From Spirochaetota bacterium (GTDB lineage: Bacteria > Spirochaetota > UBA4802 > UBA5550), in NCBI GenBank assembly GCA_963664815.2, contig CAXXHB010000003.1:864001-928000 (forward strand): 64,000 nucleotides of DNA, read 5' to 3'. This document shows positions 1-7,842 of the stretch, in pieces. The notes under the pieces are model-generated. The model was not told where the DNA came from and searched no databases. It saw only the letters and a list, made by a program, of their open reading frames with translations. Positions within the stretch are counted from its first letter, which is position 1. Every line of letters starts with the position of its first letter. Made by a program: the position numbers and the translations under genes.

Positions 1-2
1 TA

Positions 3-797
3 ACTACTGAACTAGTTTTAAAACAAAAAAGAGATGAATATGATAATCTCTTAAAAGAAAAGGTAACTAATGAAGATAAAAAAAATATTGGTTTACGAGA
101 TTTAGAAATTCATTCTGAGATTATTAAGGAAGCAAAAATATTATTAGAAGAAGTTGGTGCATATATTGATTCGATAGTTGAGGATAGAATTGAACCAATA
201 AAAGAAGTTATTACTAATGCTATGGATGATTTTCTTGATGATGGTATGAAGCTAAGTATATCATTCAAAGATGTGGAGTATGGAGAATCTATTTCTAAAA
301 AATTAGAAATTAAATTAAAATATAATAATACAGAAATTGATCCAAAAAAGTATTTCAATAATGCAAGATATAAAATGTTTGCTACTTCACTTGCTATAGG
401 GATTGCTCTTGCTTCAAGAAGAAATACTAATATTAACCTGCCTCTTGTTATGGATGACGAATTCTTTGATTGTGATATAATTAAACGATCAGAATTTGAA
501 ATATTTTTTTCAAAAATAATTGAATTATATTTTAAATTTTCACCTGATATGCCATTTCAATTTATAATATTTACCCACGACGAATTAATTTTCGAAAGTA
601 CAGCCAAAGCTGTTGAAAATGCAAGTTGTGAAATTCAAAGAATGATACATGATAAAAAGATTGAATCCCATGAATATTGGAAAAATAATTTAAGAGACAA
701 TACTATATTTGCTCGATTGTTTGATTACAAGGATAGTGATTCAACGGTTAAGATAGTAAATGATAATAAATACTGGGATCTTACAGTAGAATTATAA
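3..797 (+). CDS. ABC-type (AAA/RloC-like) ATPase, C-terminal part; 5' end outside window
   Basis: Frame is open from position 3. Coiled-coil-like start, Walker B-like LPLVMDD, H-loop FIIFTHD. Lies upstream of hsdS. Confidence 0.65.
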   Translation, partial: TTELVLKQKRDEYDNLLKEKVTNEDKKNIGLRDLEIHSEIIKEAKILLEEVGAYIDSIVEDRIEPIKEVITNAMDDFLDDGMKLSISFKDVEYGESISKKLEIKLKYNNTEIDPKKYFNNARYKMFATSLAIGIALASRRNTNINLPLVMDDEFFDCDIIKRSEFEIFFSKIIELYFKFSPDMPFQFIIFTHDELIFESTAKAVENASCEIQRMIHDKKIESHEYWKNNLRDNTIFARLFDYKDSDSTVKIVNDNKYWDLTVEL

Positions 798-806
798 GGA
801 GATAGT

Positions 807-1865
807 ATGAATCTTGCAAATACTGAAATTGAGCAATCAGATACAGCAATAAAAAAAGGTAGGGATTGGAAAATAATCGGATTCTGGTATCTTATCATAA
901 TTAATGCTATAATGCTATTAACTCTAGTTTTTTATTTTCAAATAAAAGTAAAAGATTGGGTCAGCGAAATCAAACCACAAATTAATGATCTTAATAATTC
1001 ATATATTGATTTATACTATAAATATTCACGTGTAGATGATATTGAAAAAAATCAACAGCAATTCTATGTGATGCAAAAAAAGGATTTAGAGGAGATTAAA
1101 TCGTTAATACTGTATATTAAAACTGATAATGATAAGATGTCTGAAAGAATTAGTCAAGAAACTTCAACCATAGTTGATAAGGTAAATTTATATGTTTCAA
1201 TAGCTGTAGTCTTATTAACACTTATAGGAATATTTATACCTCTTATAGTTCAAAATATGGGAAATCATCAGATTCAAGAGAAATATGATGAACTTAAAAA
1301 AGATTTTGGTGAAAAAAATAACAAAATTTCAAAGTTAGACAAACAATTAGTGAATTTATCTAAAAGTTATAAAGAGATTGATGCAAAGACGGAACATGTA
1401 GATGAACTTAATGAAAAAATAAAAGTGCAGGAAGTCACTGTAAGTGATATAGAAAACAATTTGAAACAACTTCCTCCTGTACGTATTATGTTTTACCTGC
1501 ATAAGGTTTTAGACCTCAATGATATTAGGTATTATTCACAATCAATGAAAACTACATACGAATATTTTTTAACAATTATTAATAGTATTAAGTGTGATAT
1601 TGAAAAATGTAAAGAAACTAAAGTTGCGAGTGATGATAGCGTTTTGTTGCAAAGTTTGAATTCTTTTATTATTGATTGTAAGTCAATCAAAGTTTATGGT
1701 TATACACGTTCTGCAATTACAATATTAAAATCATTGGAAGAAGCTTTTAGTATTTTTATTCAAAATGAGATAGTTGAAGATGAACAAAAATACAACTTAC
1801 TAATATTGTCTCTTGAAAATACTATTTCAAAATTAAATGAAGTCGTGTTTGATGATCTTTTATAA
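807..1865 (+). CDS. Hypothetical membrane protein with two TM helices and coiled coils
   Basis: 352-aa ORF; GGAGA RBS; hydrophobic stretches IIGFWYLIIINAIMLLTLVFYF and LYVSIAVVLLTLIGIFIPLIV. Confidence 0.7.
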   Translation: MNLANTEIEQSDTAIKKGRDWKIIGFWYLIIINAIMLLTLVFYFQIKVKDWVSEIKPQINDLNNSYIDLYYKYSRVDDIEKNQQQFYVMQKKDLEEIKSLILYIKTDNDKMSERISQETSTIVDKVNLYVSIAVVLLTLIGIFIPLIVQNMGNHQIQEKYDELKKDFGEKNNKISKLDKQLVNLSKSYKEIDAKTEHVDELNEKIKVQEVTVSDIENNLKQLPPVRIMFYLHKVLDLNDIRYYSQSMKTTYEYFLTIINSIKCDIEKCKETKVASDDSVLLQSLNSFIIDCKSIKVYGYTRSAITILKSLEEAFSIFIQNEIVEDEQKYNLLILSLENTISKLNEVVFDDLL

Positions 1866-1989
1866 AATCAAGTTGTGATTAATAAAAGTTTAATTGGAGT
1901 TAATATGTTATTAAGATGTTGTAATATAATAGAAAAAGATAAATATATATAAAAAGCAAGTTGATTGAAATTGATTAAGGACTAAATTT

Positions 1990-2862
1990 ATGGATACAAT
2001 GTTAACACATGGAAATTATGGTTTCGCAAAAATGTATATATCAAATCTCCAGGGTGAAAACGGATTAGGTTTTTACAGGCTTATTATAAAAACAAAAATC
2101 TTTTGGAATGAACGACTTGATGAGATGCTTGTAAGACTTTCTGATTTAAATGGTGAATTATTTATAACATTTCCAAATGGTGATCGTAAATATGTAGGTC
2201 GTGTTCATTACCAATTATCTCAATCTGAACTAAAAAGTAAGACAAATTCATATGACGATTATTTAAATTTTGAAATAGAATTTGATAGAACTAGAATTGA
2301 AGCAATAGAAGATGGTCGAAAAGGATCTGATTTCAATTTCGAATTTAAAATGAAGGCAAGAGGTTTAATTCAAAATGACTCCAGATTAATTGAAGCAACA
2401 CTAAACTATCAAGTTAATCAAAGCGCATGGATTCAAGTACTAAGAGAGATGAATTATAAAAAAATGTTGTTACTTGAAATCCCTTTAGAAATGGATGATA
2501 ATTCAGAAACAATGAAGGATGTTGTTGGATATTTAAAAGAGGCTCAGAATTTTTTTGTAAATGGAAAGTATAGGGATTCTATTGGTTCATGCCGTGATGT
2601 ATTAGAATCATTAACTAATGTCATTGGTGATGAGAAACTACAATTGCCAGATGAAATTAAAACATTTTTTAATCATTCAAAAGATATGGATAAGTCTGAA
2701 CGAATTAAGATCTTACATCGGGCAATAAAAACGTTAACACATCCAGCACGTCATGTTGATGAGGTTTCTAAGAGCTTTGATTGGAATATGACTGATTCGA
2801 GATCAATTCTGGCTATGACTGCTTCTTTGATACAGATGAGTTTAGAAGATAATGTTAAATAA
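1990..2862 (+). CDS. Hypothetical protein with HEPN/Abi_C-like C-terminal helical domain
   Basis: 290 aa; AQNFFVNGKYRDSIGSCRDVLESL ... LTHPARH ... DSRSILAM pattern; overlaps the hsdS start. Confidence 0.5.
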   Translation: MDTMLTHGNYGFAKMYISNLQGENGLGFYRLIIKTKIFWNERLDEMLVRLSDLNGELFITFPNGDRKYVGRVHYQLSQSELKSKTNSYDDYLNFEIEFDRTRIEAIEDGRKGSDFNFEFKMKARGLIQNDSRLIEATLNYQVNQSAWIQVLREMNYKKMLLLEIPLEMDDNSETMKDVVGYLKEAQNFFVNGKYRDSIGSCRDVLESLTNVIGDEKLQLPDEIKTFFNHSKDMDKSERIKILHRAIKTLTHPARHVDEVSKSFDWNMTDSRSILAMTASLIQMSLEDNVK

Positions 2863-4294
2863 AGATATGAATTGGAAAGAAATTGAACTAGATGAAGTTG
2901 GTGATATCGTAACAGGAAAAACACCATCCACAGGAGATATTGATAATTTTGGTAGGATTTATCCTTTCATAACACCAAAAGACATGACTGGCCAGAAATA
3001 CATCTTTGAAACTGAAAGATATCTTTCAGAGAAAGGGATGAAAGCGGTTAAGAATTGTTTAATAAATAAAAATGCAGTTTGTGTATCATGTATTGGTTCA
3101 GATATGGGTAAAGTTGTGATGGCAACAAAACCGAGTGTTACTAATCAACAATTAAATTCAATTAAGGTTAATAATAAATATAATCCAGATTTCATTTATT
3201 ACTCATTATATCAAATAAGTAAAGATTTAAGGAATGCCGCATTTCATTCGACAGCATTACCTATTTTAAATAAAACGCAATTCTCGAAATTTAGGATAAT
3301 GGAACCCCCTCTCCCTGAACAACGCGCAATAGCAGAAATCCTGTCATCCATTGACGACAAAATAAAATTGAACAACCAGATGAACCGAACCCTCGAAGCA
3401 ACAGCACAGGCCATATTCAAACAGTGGTTTGTAGACTTCGAGTTTCCCTTCGACTTCGCTCAGGGCAAGCTCTTCGACTTCGCTAGGGAGGACAAGCCAG
3501 TAACCCAGACTTCGGCTCCACGGTTGGTGAGCTTGTCGAACCACAGCCAACGTAGTGACACAAAAAAGAAGAGTTCAGATACACAACGCTCATTGAGCGG
3601 AGTCGAAATGAGCGAGTTCATGGCCGGCTACAAATCCTCCGGCGGTAAAATGATCGACAGCGAACTTGGACCGATACCGGAAGGGTGGAGAATAAAAACA
3701 TTATATGAATTTGGTGAATACATAAATGGGCTTGCATTTAAAACAGATGATTTTTGTGAACCAATTGAAGGGTTGGCAATAATAAAAATTGCTGAATTAA
3801 AAAATGGAATACAGTCAAGTACTCAATTTACAAAAAGAGTAGTGGATGAAAAGTATTATCTATATGATAAAGATATTCTGTTTAGCTGGTCAGGTAGTCC
3901 TAATACATCGATAGATATATTTATCTGGAGTTTGAATAAAGCAATCTTGAATCAGCATATTTTTAAAGTAGTACCAAACTCATCGGATGAGTATTCATTC
4001 TTGTTTTTATTACTAAAATATTTTAAACCAATATTTATTCAAATTGCCAGTCAAAAGCAAACTACAGGCTTAGGTCATGTTACTATTACTGATTTGAAAA
4101 GATTAAAATTTGTTTATCCGAATGAAGAGCTAATTAAATTTTTTAATGAAAGTGTTAATAATATATTATCCAAAATTTTTTATAACAATAAAGAGATCCA
4201 AACCCTCTCCACCCTCCGTGACTCTCTCCTCCCAAAACTGATGTCAGGGGAACTGCGTGTACCGGAAGAGATAGTAGCAGGATTTACAAAATAA
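2852..4294 (+). CDS. hsdS: Type I restriction-modification specificity subunit with in-frame repeat insertion
   Basis: TGKTPS, PPLPEQRAIAEILSSIDDKIKLN, FKQWFVDF, ELGPIPEGW, LRDSLLPKLMSGELRV; two TRDs. Confidence 0.95.
   Translation: MLNKDMNWKEIELDEVGDIVTGKTPSTGDIDNFGRIYPFITPKDMTGQKYIFETERYLSEKGMKAVKNCLINKNAVCVSCIGSDMGKVVMATKPSVTNQQLNSIKVNNKYNPDFIYYSLYQISKDLRNAAFHSTALPILNKTQFSKFRIMEPPLPEQRAIAEILSSIDDKIKLNNQMNRTLEATAQAIFKQWFVDFEFPFDFAQGKLFDFAREDKPVTQTSAPRLVSLSNHSQRSDTKKKSSDTQRSLSGVEMSEFMAGYKSSGGKMIDSELGPIPEGWRIKTLYEFGEYINGLAFKTDDFCEPIEGLAIIKIAELKNGIQSSTQFTKRVVDEKYYLYDKDILFSWSGSPNTSIDIFIWSLNKAILNQHIFKVVPNSSDEYSFLFLLLKYFKPIFIQIASQKQTTGLGHVTITDLKRLKFVYPNEELIKFFNESVNNILSKIFYNNKEIQTLSTLRDSLLPKLMSGELRVPEEIVAGFTK
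3446..3620. repeat. REP-like palindromic element inserted in frame within hsdS
   Basis: CTTCGACTTCGCT occurs twice; GGTTGGTGAGCTTGTCGAACC; hairpin CGCTCATT-GAGCGGAGTCGA-AATGAGCG; homologous to intergenic 10086-10240. Confidence 0.8.
4198..4285 (+). repeat. 88-bp direct repeat, copy 1 (hsdS 3' end)
   Basis: Matches 5027-5114 with one mismatch. Confidence 0.95.
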
Positions 4295-4475
4295 GAATGG
4301 ATTTTGATCATGAAAAAAATCCTTGAAATATAAAAAAAATTGTTTAATATGATTCCCGTGAACATATTTATAAATAACAAACTATAAAGATACCCGGAGC
4401 TTCTGCTGATACCGAGTGTATTCCGAGGTTAATAAAAAGTGTTTTATTAAATTTAAATATCCCGGTGAAGTGAAT

Positions 4476-4745
4476 ATGCCAATTATCTCTATGTTTTACG
4501 GAATCATTGTACGTATGTTTAATCTCGACAACAGAAGACATCATCTTCCGCACATACATGTTGAGTATCAGGATTATCAGGCTGTTTTCAGCATTGATAA
4601 TGGTGAAATTCCTGAAGGGACTTTTCCGAATAAGCAGACTAAATTGGTTCAGGCATGGATAGAAATTCATAAAGATGAGTTAACAGCAGACTGGAAACTT
4701 GCAATTTCAGGTGAAAAGGTCTTTAAAATCAAACCGCTGGATTAG
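4476..4745 (+). CDS. DUF4160 family protein (DhiT-like toxin of a TA pair)
   Basis: MPIISMFYGIIVRM...HHLPHIHVEY...AWIEIHKDELTADW...KIKPL; ATG 4476 preferred over the ORF-track start 4416. Confidence 0.85.
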   Translation: MPIISMFYGIIVRMFNLDNRRHHLPHIHVEYQDYQAVFSIDNGEIPEGTFPNKQTKLVQAWIEIHKDELTADWKLAISGEKVFKIKPLD

Positions 4746-4755
4746 GTGAATAAAA

Positions 4756-4977
4756 ATGGTAAAAGTTAAAAGTGTTAAACCGATGGAAAACTATAGATTG
4801 TATGTTGTGTTTGAAAATAATACAGAGAAAGTATGTGACATCAGACAGTTTTTGGATACAGGTTCCTTTAATGAGTTAAAGGACACTCAACTATTCAACC
4901 AGGTTAAAAATGCAGGTTATTCTGTTGAGTGGCCCAATGAACTTGATTTAAGCTCTGACACATTGTTGAGCCTTTGA
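4756..4977 (+). CDS. DUF2442 family protein (antitoxin partner)
   Basis: VKSVKPMENYRLYVVFEN...LFNQVK...VEWPNELDLSSDTL; directly follows DUF4160. Confidence 0.85.
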   Translation: MVKVKSVKPMENYRLYVVFENNTEKVCDIRQFLDTGSFNELKDTQLFNQVKNAGYSVEWPNELDLSSDTLLSL

Positions 4978-5026
4978 TAAAGTTAACAGTTGCATAATAC
5001 AATTTCGTAAATAATATTTTTCAATC

Positions 5027-5123
5027 CCAAACCCTCTCCACCCTCCGTGACTCTCTCCTCCCCAAACTGATGTCAGGGGAACTGCGTGTACCGGAAGAGA
5101 TAGTAGCAGGATTTGAGGATTAA
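5027..5123 (+). pseudogene. hsdS: Second copy of the hsdS 3' end (88-bp direct repeat copy 2 plus stop)
   Basis: Encodes QTLSTLRDSLLPKLMSGELRVPEEIVAGFED*; no start codon or intact TRD upstream. Confidence 0.9.
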
Positions 5124-5245
5124 ATGATTTTCAGGATATGAATTGATGAAGAGATGTAACCAGGAAAAGTTTTATTGAATGAAGTAAAATTTCAGGATAC
5201 ACATCCAGCTAATCCGAACATCATGTAAATCCTGATTCAGACGAT
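5116..5245. repeat. 130-bp direct repeat copy A (palindromic, REP-like) upstream of GxxExxY
   Basis: 125/130 identical to 5670-5799 by manual alignment; AGGAT units on the left arm, ATCC units on the right arm. Confidence 0.9.
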
Positions 5246-5256
5246 GTGAAAATTAT

Positions 5257-5646
5257 ATGAACTTAAACGATATAACATATAAAATAATCGGGTGTGCAAT
5301 GAAAGTTCATAATACGCTCGGTAACGGATTTCAGGAAGTAATATACCAGAGGTGTCTGGCAATTGAACTTGAGAAGGCCGGGTTATCTTTTGAAAGAGAG
5401 AAAGATCAGGCGATATTTTATGAAGCTGTCCATGTAGGTACGCGCAGAGCAGATTTTATTGTTGAAGATAAAATTGTTGTAGAACTTAAAGCGCTGGTTA
5501 ATCTGGAAGATGTTCATCTGGCCCAGGCAAAAAACTATGTAGTTGCATATAATTTTAATGTCGGATTGCTTATAAATTTCGGAGCAGTAAGTTTGCAGTA
5601 TAAGAAAGTATTTAATAACTGTCCGAATCAGGATTTTCAGGATTAA
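5257..5646 (+). CDS. GxxExxY protein (PD-(D/E)xK nuclease-like family)
   Basis: LGNGFQEVIYQRCL motif; RADFIVEDKIVVELKA; GLLINFG. Confidence 0.95.
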   Translation: MNLNDITYKIIGCAMKVHNTLGNGFQEVIYQRCLAIELEKAGLSFEREKDQAIFYEAVHVGTRRADFIVEDKIVVELKALVNLEDVHLAQAKNYVVAYNFNVGLLINFGAVSLQYKKVFNNCPNQDFQD

Positions 5647-5799
5647 AGGATGTTCAGGATCAGTATTAAAGGATTAAAGGATGTTCAGGATAAGAATTGA
5701 TGAAGAGATGTAACCAGGAAAAGTTTTATTGAATGAAGTAAAATTTCAGGATACACATCCTGCTAATCCGAACATCCTGTAAATCCTGATTCAGACGAT
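5620..5799. repeat. Palindromic element containing direct repeat copy B, downstream of GxxExxY
   Basis: Terminal inverted repeat GTCCGAATCAGGATTT ... AAATCCTGATTCAGAC; internal duplication of AGGATTAAAGGATGTTCAGGAT. Confidence 0.9.
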
Positions 5800-5841
5800 A
5801 TTAAGAGTGTATTAAACTCAAAGTAACATGGAGAAAACACT

Positions 5842-6810
5842 ATGATAAAAACATTAAAAATAAATAACTTCAAATCGATCCGGTCACTTTCTCTCGATTG
5901 TAAAAGAGTAAACCTTTTTATTGGCGAACCGAATACAGGTAAATCAAATATTCTTGAAGCATTTGGCTTGATAAACTATTTTAGTGATACAAATTTCAGA
6001 GAGCTAAAAGATTATGTAAGATTTGAGAATATACATAATCTCTTTTATGACAGCATTGTAGATGAACCTATTCAAGTTGTTATAGCGGATGATAAAGAAT
6101 ATGAAGTTAAGATAAAAAATTATGAAAATAGGTTTGATGTGTTTTTAACTGATTCAGCAAATGCTGTTTGCTCATTTGAAAGTAAGGGCAATTTTACAGG
6201 AAGTAGAACATATGGGAATAGAAAAGATATTTTATATTATAAATATAATAAAAATGCAGTTATAAGTCAGGGATTTTCTAATAAACTTGCAACACCTTCT
6301 GGTGATAATTTATTCATGACAGCTTATTCAACTAAAGAAAATCGTGAAATGATTTCAAATCTATTTAAATCATACGGGTTAAAAGCAATCTTTAAACCTC
6401 AGGATAACACAATTGAAATTCAGAAACAACAGGATGATGTTGCAGTATCATATCCTTACAGTATGACATCCGATACACTCCTTCGAATTATATTCTACAT
6501 GCTTGCAATAAAGTCAAATAAAGATGCAACCCTAGTATTTGAAGAGCCCGAAGCTCACGCATTCCCGTATTATACAAAACATCTCGGTGAAGTGATCGCT
6601 GCTGATACATCAAATCAGTATTTTATAGCGACACATAATCCATATCTACTTAATGCGATAGTTGAAAAAGCAAAAATCGAAGATGTCAATGTTGTAGCTG
6701 TTTACTATGAGGATTACCAGACAAAAATTAAACAGCTCTCTGAGATAGATATTGCAGACCTTCTTGAACAGGACCCGTTCCTTGCAATAGATCATTTTAC
6801 AGGCAAGTAG
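5842..6810 (+). CDS. AAA_15/AAA_21-type ABC ATPase
   Basis: IKTLKINNFKSI, Walker A GEPNTGKS, signature SDTLLR, Walker B FEEPEAHAFP, H-loop ATHNP. Confidence 0.9.
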   Translation: MIKTLKINNFKSIRSLSLDCKRVNLFIGEPNTGKSNILEAFGLINYFSDTNFRELKDYVRFENIHNLFYDSIVDEPIQVVIADDKEYEVKIKNYENRFDVFLTDSANAVCSFESKGNFTGSRTYGNRKDILYYKYNKNAVISQGFSNKLATPSGDNLFMTAYSTKENREMISNLFKSYGLKAIFKPQDNTIEIQKQQDDVAVSYPYSMTSDTLLRIIFYMLAIKSNKDATLVFEEPEAHAFPYYTKHLGEVIAADTSNQYFIATHNPYLLNAIVEKAKIEDVNVVAVYYEDYQTKIKQLSEIDIADLLEQDPFLAIDHFTGK

Positions 6811-6813
6811 ATT

Positions 6814-7296
6814 ATGGCCATATCTGTTGAATGTAATGCCGATGAAAAGCTGGTAAAACTGCTTCTTTCAGAAGAAGTTGAAACCCTGCATCAGAATGGC
6901 AGGGGAAATATTCTGAATCATCTAAGAAAGAAATCTACCATGTCTGGTATAGGGTTAATTGATGAAGATCCCGGCAGCGCGCATACCAGGGATTTTGTCA
7001 GTTCTTATGTAGAAGTTGAAAGCGTTGGTAATGTTAAAAGGTTTTCCCGTAAAGACAATAATAATATTACCATAGTAATGCTTTCTCCACGACTTGAAGA
7101 GTGGATTATATCCCGTGCTTCAGATTCCGGGATTAAAATGTCCGATTATTCATTGCCTGATGACGGTATTAAGCTCCATGACAGATATCATTATGAAAAA
7201 GAAGATAATTTCACTTCCCTGATAAACAAACTCATCGAACTGAAAGATAAAGAAATCCTAACTGTAAAAAAATGGCTCTCTGGAGACAATCCATGA
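6814..7296 (+). CDS. TOPRIM-like partner of the ATPase
   Basis: N-terminal VECNAD, central GLIDEDP (DxD), PRLEEWI; 3 nt after the ATPase stop. Confidence 0.6.
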   Translation: MAISVECNADEKLVKLLLSEEVETLHQNGRGNILNHLRKKSTMSGIGLIDEDPGSAHTRDFVSSYVEVESVGNVKRFSRKDNNNITIVMLSPRLEEWIISRASDSGIKMSDYSLPDDGIKLHDRYHYEKEDNFTSLINKLIELKDKEILTVKKWLSGDNP

Positions 7297-7727
7297 ACCT
7301 CTTCACCGAAGCCACACTCGAACAGGCAGCCCTTTCATGGTTTGAATCCCTTGGGTATAGTATAATATTCGGTCCAGATATCGCCTGTGACGGTGATTCT
7401 CCTGAAAGGTCAAACTACGGTGAGGTTGTAATCGAAGGCCGTTTAAGGGACGCTCTATCCCGGATAAATAAAAAAGTTCCAGCCTCTGCAGTTGACGATG
7501 CGATACGAAAAATACTTATAACAGAAAGCCCGTCGTTAATAATTAATAACAGAAACTTTCAGAAAATGATAACTGACGGTATTGATGTTCAGTTCAACAG
7601 ACCCGATGGAAGTGTTAAGACGGATAAGGTTTATCTCTTCGACTTTTAAAATGCGGATAACAACGACTGGGCTACTGTAAACCAGCTCGTTTCAAAGTCA
7701 ATAATATCCGAAGAGGTCATTGACATT
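7293..7727 (+). pseudogene. hsdR: Type I restriction endonuclease subunit R, premature stop and large internal deletion
   Basis: HsdR N-terminus (FTEATLEQAALSWFESLGY...RLRDALSRIN); TAA at 7647-7649; continues in frame NADNNDWATVNQ then LVSKSIISEEVIDI, which resembles the HsdR C-terminal region. Confidence 0.85.
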
Positions 7728-7842
7728 TTACGGAGCCATAAAAGCGAAGCCCCTTAAAAAAGCCGGATCAGGGCTTCCTGAACGCTGCAGACGGCTGTCT
7801 GTAAGCAGCTTTATTGAATAATAAAAGTCGGGGGGAATTATT

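Noticed and set aside
5116-5799. CRISPR array or canonical integron attC sites
   Set aside because: Only two long repeat copies, no repeat-spacer periodicity, no cas or intI gene, and no RYYYAAC/GTTRRRY boxes
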